Shown here piece after piece: positions 43,331 to 51,232 of a stretch of DNA of 51,232 bases. Location: the NCBI GenBank assembly GCA_032718475.1, contig JAUCBJ010007269.1, forward strand, positions 1 to 51,232. The letters run 5' to 3'. Within the stretch, counting starts at the first letter, position 1; every line of letters begins with the position of its first letter. This DNA comes from Nemertoderma westbladi. Its lineage: Eukaryota; Animalia; Xenacoelomorpha. Position numbers and translations under genes: made by a program. Under the pieces are notes generated by a model that did no database searches, was not told the origin of the DNA, and worked only from the letters and a program-made list of their open reading frames with translations.

Positions 43331-43750
43331 ATGATGGAGTTGATAGCAGATGTTCTTGGTATCGGGGAGCGATATACTCTACTTTTGCAAGCGTTTGTTG
43401 ATAGCTTAATACGCGGCGACGTTAGTCCAACTGCTGCGGAGGACGATGGTCGTTATATCGAACCGCCAATGTCCCAAGAGCAGCTCGCGCGCGAGTTGGA
43501 CTATAGAAAATTCGCTGCTCGATACGCAGCGTAATGGTACGTATGTGGTCTTCTTAACTACTGGTCATCCTATCGATTTACACAATACGGACTATGTCGA
43601 CTATATATCCTGCCCAGCGGAGTCGGAACCATAAACTGAAATTCGAATGCGAAAATTCTATTCGAAATCGACTCGAAAGAAAAGACACTAAAGAAACAAA
43701 TGGACGCGGTAACTCCAACGTATATTTGGAATTCTTGATAGAAGCATTGT
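43331..43750 (+). pseudogene. Frameshifted remnant of accessory ORF2 in element B
   Basis: MMELIADVLGIGERYTLLLQAFVDSLIRG...RYIEPPMSQEQL aligns with ORF2. A frameshift near 43530 moves RNGTYVVFLTTGHP to another frame, with further decay beyond. Confidence 0.85.
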
Positions 43751-44661
43751 AACAACAAATAAATATCACCCGCGTTTCCCCTACCAGACGTGCGTCTTTG
43801 GTATTATTACGATAAATGTCCTAGACCCAGCCAATAAACGGAAAGACATAAACATCCACGGAAACGTCGTGTTAAACACAGTTGTGTTCGTTATATTTAC
43901 TGGAGTTTCGAGCGAAACTTGTTTGACGTATCACCTATGCTCACTCGGCTCTAACGATCCTAGAGTAAACCTACGATCAGAGTCCCGGAATACTCGGTCA
44001 AACCTCCTCATTCCTTAGTTGGACCTCAGACCTGCGATCCTGGTGGTGTCGCGGATCCTCGCGGACGGTATTCACTGTTCAAAGATCTAGTGCTACCCTA
44101 ACAATTAATCGGTAACACTCCGACAGTGATTTCTAGCTAGCCGCCCATCTTACCTAGCTGGATTATGACGCAGACACCTAATATCATTATCCAACCGTAT
44201 GGTCGTCCCGTTTAACGCGATACAACCCTTCATCAAGGTGAAGGAGAGCGTTGTACGAAACGAGTTAAACGCTATTCTATAAAGATCAAAAAGGAAACCT
44301 GCGTTTGTTCAGATAAACGTAAGTTATAACAGTAAGTCCAATCGATAAACGAATTGGCCTTATCTCAATTCGATTGGGAAATCCAGAATCTCTAAGAAGT
44401 TATCGAACTTGGACGATCCTATTCTCTGCGAGAGTTTTTGGATGAACGTATCCAGCTACGAGCGGAGGAAAATCAGCTCGAGGAGAAGCATATCGAAACG
44501 GCAGATACCTCGACCACAATCCTACACCTTCTGATGCAATCATATTGCACCCTTCACCCAGGAGTTATGGCCCTCCTAGTAAAGTGGCTCCCCCCAAAGA
44601 GAAAAAGACTCTTGCTAGCCTCAAAAAACTGCGTAAACGCCGTCTGCGTAAGAAAGACTAA
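43750..44661 (+). pseudogene. Degraded and shortened remnant of accessory ORF3 in element B
   Basis: Only the 3' end is clearly alignable: NPTPSDAIILHPSPRSYGPPSKVAPPKEKKTLASLKKLRKRRLRKKD* (about 44504-44661). The upstream part has many stops and only patchy similarity. Confidence 0.7.
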
Positions 44662-44739
44662 CTGTTTAGAGTATCTTTATGTTTTAGAAACTGTGATTTT
44701 TATATTTTATAGACTGAAAATCCCATTTTCTGGGAGCGG

Positions 44740-45970
44740 TGTAAAAGCTTTTACTGAATTGTCCGGTTATTTTTCCTTATTTTTCCCGTAAAGTACTCTG
44801 TAGTTGGTTTACCAGGCATAAAAAGGCCGTGTCCTTGCTGTACTGGTGTTTTAGCGGACATAAGAGCTATTTCTTCTGTATTTGTACTTTAGAGGACATA
44901 ATCCGTAATTCCGTGACGTAAAAGCTCGATACTCTTGAAAACAGTGTCGCTACCATGACGACGGCTAGCAGCTGATATTGCCACGTCGACGTTTCTTTGT
45001 TTCTCTGTTCTCTCGTTGTTCATGTTGACCAATCAGAGCGTTTGTGATCTCTGTGTTGGAGGTATATACAGAAACTCAGTAGTTCAGTGTTATGTTTTTG
45101 TCCAGAGCCTAAGAACCGGCTTTGGCACCTCCGTGTTTTAGTTTTTAGTCTTACACTAGTAGGTTTAATTATAAAGGGCATATATCCTTTAACGCACCTA
45201 CCTGACTCATGGAATCACTGCATACTGATGACTGATGTCTGTATACTGCAGTACTGCATACACTGCATACTGTGTAACATTGTGCATACCTTTATATTGT
45301 TATACTGCTATTAACCGTCAGTTCTTCATAATATGGTTGATGAATAATTATATTTGGAATAACGATAAACAACCCCGAAACCCAATATTCTTGATATACC
45401 GAAGGTAAGAGAGAAGGGTTACAGATAAACGATTGTGACTTATGTTAAAGTGGTTTGAAGTGAATCTAATGTTATTTGATAGACCCTACATGAGTCAGTC
45501 TGTGTTCCTTTTATATGTGACTAAAATCAGTGAAGATTGGCAGATTAGTGTGCAGTATTGTGCAGCATTGTGTATGAGTGAGTCTGTTAAAGAAGCAATT
45601 CCTAAAGAATGCGCCATATATGTGAATTATAATTAAGCCATATCGTTGTGAGTAGTTTAAGTCATAACTCTGTTTATATAGATAAAGCGCCACGTCCTAA
45701 AGGAACTGTTAATATTACCGAAGGTGAATAATATTGTCAGAGATTATATAATACTGTCAGTCGAATAATACATTAGGCTTACATAGCAATACAAATTAAA
45801 CCGTCGAACCCAATCTCCCGGGAATATCCAGCGGGTGAATGGTCGCGCACGGATTGGTTTCGACTAGTGTAGTGAATCAAATACTTGTCATAGACTAAAA
45901 AGCAGATTTATTATCTAGAAGACATTCTAATTTGGCGGGTTAAACTGCCAAAGGTCTGAAAGCGCGAACA
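44740..45970 (+). repeat. 3' LTR of element B
   Basis: Direct repeat of 34243-35473, preceded by PPT GGGAGCGG and followed by TSD CGCTA. Confidence 0.97.
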
Positions 45971-46100
45971 CGCTAGATGGCTACATGTCTAAGCATTAAA
46001 TGTCCTCCCATTTCTTTGCTTTTAATCCGTTTAACCTGAAACTTGTCAGAATTGTACTTGACCATTAGCTGTGTCATTTAAACTTTTTCTGAGGTCTTAA

Positions 46101-47078
46101 CCCTTCGTTTCTCAAACATATGAATTCCTTTGAGGTCAATTTTGACCTCAGGTAAATTAGAGGGTTGGGGTGGTCCAAAAAAACTTGTTGTCGAATTTAA
46201 ACTCAGTTTGCACATCAGATGTCATAAAATGAGCCCAAACTTCGATAGATAGCAAAATTTTGATTTGGAGATGACAGGAAATATTCCCACAGGCACATGG
46301 CCAGTTCCCGTCCTTGGCGCAAGTAAGTCATATTCCCCATTTTTGTGATGATCAACTTCTATTATTCCTAATGCATTGATATTTATGCTCAATAGAACCG
46401 CAATGACAGATTTAGTTGGTGTAGACACCTTCAAAACAAGCATAGAGGTAATAGTTTTTGAGATATTGCAGATAATGTGAAGTCCGGCACAAGTAAAAAT
46501 TAGCGCCTTGATGCGATATTGACAAAAATACCTGACAAATATCTCAAACACTATTCGCTCAATGCTTGTTTTGAAGGTGTCTACAACAACTAAATCTGTC
46601 ATTGCGGTTCTAAATGAGCATAATATCAATGCAGTAGGAATACTAGAAGTTGATCATCACAAAAATGGGGAATAAGACTAACTTGTGCCAAGGGCGGGAA
46701 CTGGCCATGTGCAATGGGAATATTTCCTTTCATCCCCAAATCAAAATTTTGGTATCTATCTAAGTTTGGGCCCATTTGATGACATCTGATTTGCGAACTG
46801 AGTTGAAATTCAAAAAAAGTTTTTCGTTGATATTGAATGGTACAGGTACAAAACACGATGAGGTGAAATTTGACCTCAATGTCAATATGTGTAGGCCCCT
46901 ATAAATTGTAAAATTGAATAGACCCCCTTGCAAATTTTTACATTTTTGTTTTTCTAATTGAGAAGTACTATAAATAATAAATGTCAAAAAATTTCGAGAT
47001 AAAATATCAATGTGTGATAAAATTGTGTAAGTTTAAATCTTCGATGGGTCAAAAATGACCTCAAAGAGAGCACAAGGG
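46101..47078. mobile_element. piggyBac-like non-autonomous element containing a foldback core
   Basis: TTAA|CCCTT ... AAGGG|TTAA; subterminal inverted CTTTGAGGTCA.TTTTGACC motifs; internal inverted arms of about 270 bp (46200-46810) related to 30910-31900. Confidence 0.75.
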
Positions 47079-47650
47079 TTAAATCGACTGCAGTTTTCAA
47101 GCCTGCCTCTAGGCTGGTGTAAAGTGATCAAGGGCATCTGCTTAGATTTTGCTTATTTTTCTTTCAAGATTACACTTACATAAGTTTATATCACGTGCTG
47201 CGCGAAGGACTCACTTCAGGTATAATATGGTTAAGGTTAAGTTACAACAAATTATAGCTATGGATACCAGCGCAAGCAACCCTCAGCGCCAAGCCTTTTA
47301 GCTGCAAGCTGGCTCCCAAACTACAAGCAAATAAACAATGGGTCAACAACAAACAACCCCTCCACCCTGGTAGCCAATGAGAGAACCTAGAGCTTTCGAG
47401 TATTTTTAGTAATTACAGGTACATTAGGTAGGTATAATGTCATGTAGTTATAGAATTGGACCAAATGGAATGGTGGGGAGTCAGGTCAGGTCAGTGGGCA
47501 GAAGCATGTGAATCCTATAATATTGATTACCAACAATATTATTATTAATTAATTGTGAACAAGACGAGTGAACAATATATGTCTGGGGGGGCAGTGTGAC
47601 TTCTCTGGGGGGGCAATGCCCCCAAAGCCCCCCCGCACGATACGGGCCTG

Positions 47651-47751
47651 AACCTATAACCTACCGTGGCAGTACAGTAAACCTATAACCTACCGTGGCA
47701 GTACAGTAAACCTATAACCTACCGTGGCAGTACAGTAAACCTATAACTTAC
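47651..47751. repeat. 29-bp minisatellite, proximal part, starting at the OGT splice donor
   Basis: Gene strand: exon ...GACCG|GTAAGTTATAGGTTTACTGTACTGCCACG|GTAGGTTATAGG... Confidence 0.95.
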
Positions 47752-47967
47752 CGGTCGCCTGAATGTAAGACTCTCCGACCGATGGAAACCTAAGTAACCA
47801 CAGGAAGGAGTTAGGGACCCGTTTCAATATGTTACACCAGGACTTCATGGTCGCGGGGTCTATTTTATAGAGCTGGTTGAAGTTACAGTAAATGGTGGCG
47901 TCATCAGGTAGTCCATACATCGAGCGAGAGGTAACCACGGGCAACGGAGGAATCTCCTCGCCGGAAG
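47752..47967 (-). CDS. OGT: OGT internal exon (start of C-terminal catalytic lobe)
   Basis: Acceptor TTTCATTACAG, donor GTAAGT; 216 bp, phase 1-1. Encodes [71 protein letters not shown] with the OGT signature [12 protein letters not shown]. Upstream exons were not found in the window. Confidence 0.96.
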
Positions 47968-48280
47968 CTGTAATGAAACCACAGTAATGTAGAAACACGG
48001 CCCACGGATAAGGGAGTCAATCCAACGGAGCCAATATGTGAGTCACTCCAATAGGAATGACAGTCTATTATTTAAATAAACATTTTGCTAAATTAATTAG
48101 AACCTATCAGGTTTATCATACACATATGTTATACGGTTTGCTGCTACCATACCATAAAATACGGTAAAATTAAGTATTAATAATAATAAAATAATTAGAG
48201 CACAAGGGTAGATAGATTTTATGATCTTAAAATAATTTGTTAGTTAGTATCATAAAATAATAATAAATTAATTAATACTA

Positions 48281-49109
48281 CCGGGTGTTCCATAATGATT
48301 GCCCCCCCCCCCCCCCCCCCCCGGGCCAGCCAAAACTGTCAGAGATGTACTTTAGTGTAATATACCATTCTAAAGAGAATTGAATTCTGAGAATTCTGGG
48401 ATTCATGCAAAAATTTAGGGTCCAATACACAAACACAAGTATAAAAATTTTATAGGCTATTCTTTAAACCTATCTTACTTTTCAATATTTGTGATTTAAT
48501 CACAATTTTAAACGCGTAGGGCTACGCGTAGGTCGAAAAGATTTACCCTGTTTAAACAGTTATTACTGCCTGACTTTTGCTGTATTGCAATATATAGTAT
48601 TCAGTTACCGGTATTGGTGTTTCTTTGGTAATTTTACTGAATTAAGCCTAACGGAAGTAATTAAAATGACAAGTTCCAGTGCAATCTTCAATGACTCTGA
48701 AGAAAAACGTATGGTTGACAGGATCAGAGATGTTACTTTTAGAGGGGGTTGTGATTCTGTGGCATAATCAAACTGAACTCAAACCAAAACGGCCCTTTTA
48801 AGGGCCTACATCCTTTGCCACTATCGAGGAGCTCCCCGTGGTGCAAAGGGGAATCATAGCTGTAAAGCTGATGACTAACGCTGGATAAATTATATTTTTA
48901 GAATTGTGATTAAATCAAAAATATTGAAAAGTAGAAAATGTTTAAAGAATTGCCTATAAAATTTTTATACTTTTGTATTGGACCCTAAATTTTTGCATGC
49001 AAGCTCAGAATTAAATTATCTTTCGAATGGTATATTACACTAAAGTGCATGTCTGACAGTTTTGGCTGGTCAGGGGGGGGGGGGGGGGCAATCATTATGG
49101 AATACCCGG
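48281..49109. mobile_element. Tc1/mariner-type non-autonomous element with ~220-bp TIRs
   Basis: TA|CCGGGTGTTCCATAATGATTGCCCCC ... GGGGGCAATCATTATGGAATACCCGG|TA; long imperfect inverted arms. Confidence 0.88.
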
Positions 49110-49135
49110 TATACTGATGACGGCGTCGAGATTCA

Positions 49136-50400
49136 TTAAAAATAGTTTGGAGTGAAGCTGTGGAATGTAATTGCAGTTGTCATAATGGGTGGCTTCCGTT
49201 TCAGAGCAATAACATAAACGACAGATACATATTCTTCTGGGAACCAACAGTTATTGCAGCCGTTTACGATGAGCTGAGATAATGAGCGACGCCTGAAACC
49301 TGTAAGACCCGATAAATTTATGTCTGAGCTGGCTGAATTGTCAATGTATTCTAGAATTGGGGTGGTGTGGGCGTATTTTGAAATACCGCACCACATTTAC
49401 CAGTAAAAAGCGCGCACTTTACTACGGATGTGTTCTAACGAGGAGATATCTGCATTCCATATATCGCATCCATAGATGATTGGTGCTAGGACTATGGATT
49501 GGAATAACTTATTGGCGGTTTCCATGGATACAATGGACAGGTTTAATTTTGTGGCAATTCGAGCAATACCTTTCTTACGTAGGTGTGAGTAATGTTTTCT
49601 GGCGCCATTCTTGGTAGAGAGTACCACTCCGGTATTCGAAGTTGTCGCAAAATTCAATGTGTTGCCCATTATAGGTGAGAATATCGGATCATGTGACATG
49701 ACCACCCCTTCGGAATATCGGATCTTGTGAGATGACCAGACCACCCCTTCGGAATATCGGATCTTGCGAGATGACCACCCCTTCGGAATATCGGATCTGG
49801 TGAGATGACCAGACCACCCCTTCGGAATATCGGATCTTGCGAGATGACCACCCCTTCGGAATATCGGATCTTGTGAGATGACCAGACCACCCCTTCGGAA
49901 TATCGGATCTTGCGAGATGACCACCCCTTCGGAATATCGGATCTTGCGAGATGACCACCCCTTCGGAATATCGGATCTTGTGAGATGACCACCCCTTCGG
50001 AATATCGGTGCGAGATGACCACCCCTTCGGAATATCGGATCTTGCGAGATGACCACCCCTTCGGAATATCGGATCTTGCGAGATGACCACCCCTTCGGAA
50101 TATCGGATCTTGCGAGATGACCACCCCTTCGGAATATCGGATCTTACGAGATGACCAGATCACCCCTTCGGAATTTAATAGCTTTTGTTTTTGATAAATT
50201 TACAGTGAGTTCGTTTATCCTGCAATATTCTGCGAGTTTTACGAGCGAATTTTGTACCTCTAATGTTTTACCGGCGATTACAAGGTCGTCCGCGTACATC
50301 CAGACAAGGCATGCCGTCGTGATGATGGTTGCTGGGAAAACAACAGCGGTGAAAGTTTACCTCCCTGAACTACCCCGATCGTTTGCGCAATAGGGTCTAA
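49136..50400 (-). mobile_element. LINE reverse transcriptase fragment interrupted by a tandem repeat
   Basis: LVWMYADDLVI...LAEYCRINELTVNLSKTKAIKFRRG (50160-50310), then KLFQSIVLAPIIYGCDIW (about 49460-49515). Confidence 0.85.
49682..50175. repeat. 35/40-bp tandem repeat (~13 units) derived from LINE RT coding sequence
   Basis: Unit CTTCGGAATATCGGATCTTGCGAGATGACC(AGACC)ACCCC, corresponding to the FRRGGHLARSDI segment of the RT. Confidence 0.95.
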
Positions 50401-50597
50401 TATGTAGTTGCCGACGCATATACTGACGAAATTAATCCCCAGGATTGACCACAGTATTCCTTACTAATATTTCAGAAGTGTAAGATAAAAGTGAGTGTCA
50501 CCGTAAACCCGCCACATATACTAATATCTTTAAGGAATTTAATCCAAAATTGTAATCCCGATCCCGAAAAACGGGATCCCGGGAGTGATAATCCCGT

Positions 50598-50855
50598 ATA
50601 TACCATACATACACCTACAGTTTGCTGCCACCATATACCATACATACACCTACAGTTTGCTGCCACCATATACCATACATACACCTACAGTTTGCTGCCA
50701 CCATATACCATACATACACCTACAGTTTGCCGCCACCATATACCATACATACACCTACAGTTTGCTGCCACCATATACCATACATACACCTACAGTTTGC
50801 TGCCACCATATACCATACATACACCTACAGTTTGCTGCCACCATATACCATACAT
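50598..50855. repeat. 35-bp minisatellite (~7 units)
   Basis: Unit TACCATACATACACCTACAGTTTGCTGCCACCATA at 50601, 50636, 50671 and onward. Confidence 0.95.
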
Positions 50856-50859
50856 TGTC

Positions 50860-51232
50860 CAGTGCTGTTTTTATTGATTCCATCGGATTCAGGACCCTCA
50901 TAAACCCGTATAACGCAAGAAACAAGGTGATACTATCTACTGATCGATTTGCATATTTTCCAAAATTTGGTGCTGGCACAACAATTTTCACCCAGCGGCG
51001 AAAAATACAAGTTTGAGAACTCTTCTGAAATTTTTACTGATTCCATTGAATTCAGAACCATCACAAACCCGTATAACGCAAGAAACAAGGTGACACAATC
51101 AATTGCTATATTTGATGGTTTTCAAAATTTGGTGCTAGCACCACATTTTGCACCCACATCCGAAAAATACAAGTTTGAGATGTCTAGTTCGATAATTATA
51201 TATTCCATTGAATTCAGAACAGCCATAAACCT
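50860..51232. repeat. Diverged ~163-bp tandem repeat running off the window end
   Basis: ATTCCAT.G.ATTCAG.AC...AAACCCGTATAACGCAAGAAACAAGGTGA...GAAAAATACAAGTTTGAGA at about 50875, 51038 and 51201. Confidence 0.8.

Larger units (their letters stand above)
34243..45970 (+). mobile_element. Bel/Pao LTR retrotransposon B: complete ends, non-autonomous (Gag-protease only), antisense in an OGT intron
   Basis: Two 1231-bp TG...CA LTRs, TSD CGCTA (34238-34242, 45971-45975), PPT at 44732-44739; internal region homologous to element A but lacking RT/RNase H and IN. Confidence 0.96.
33888..47650. mobile_element. Non-autonomous hAT-type element (~1 kb own sequence) carrying nested insertions
   Basis: TIRs CAGGCCCGTA / TACGGGCCTG; 8-bp TSD AACCTATA (33880-33887, 47651-47658); subterminal TCTGGGGGGGCA motifs near both ends. 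Confidence 0.85.

Noticed and set aside
49114-49140. Hammerhead ribozyme suggested by CTGATGA (also at about 34727 in the LTR)
   Set aside because: No properly placed GAAA and no convincing stems I-III.
49397-51016. ORFs 49397-50056, 49669-50163, 49689-50090 and 50491-51016
   Set aside because: Produced by the 35/40-bp and 35-bp tandem repeats; only the LINE RT-derived part has protein meaning.

Overview
Eukaryotic (animal-like), repeat-rich genomic DNA; not prokaryotic. The one host gene is O-GlcNAc transferase (OGT): its last four coding exons lie on the minus strand (47752-47967, 32187-32339, 30021-30183, 27571-27730) with GT-AG junctions and consistent phases. Two related Bel/Pao LTR retrotransposons dominate the window. 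Element A (minus, 10066 to about 24965, 5' LTR missing) has an intact 2677-aa Gag-PR-RT-RH-IN ORF. It is followed by a 1.6-kb structured non-coding region and two non-env accessory ORFs: a 209-aa protein, and a 591-aa protein with three CCHC-like knuckles and a basic C-terminal tail. Element B (plus, 34243-45970) has near-identical 1231-bp LTRs and a CGCTA target-site duplication (TSD). It is non-autonomous: RT/RH and IN were removed by two in-frame deletions and its accessory ORFs have decayed, yet it keeps Gag-protease and the structured RNA elements, which show compensatory changes. The best candidate novel system is this complex-retrovirus-like Bel/Pao (accessory nuclear zinc-knuckle protein plus covarying RNA structures) with a trans-mobilised Gag-PR satellite that lacks a tRNA-type primer-binding site (PBS). 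Also present: minisatellites that amplify OGT splice donors, nested hAT, piggyBac-like, mariner-like and IS3EU-like non-autonomous elements, a probable solo LTR, and decayed RTE, CR1/L2, CRE and Penelope fragments. All alignments, identities and folds were done by eye; no database searches were run.
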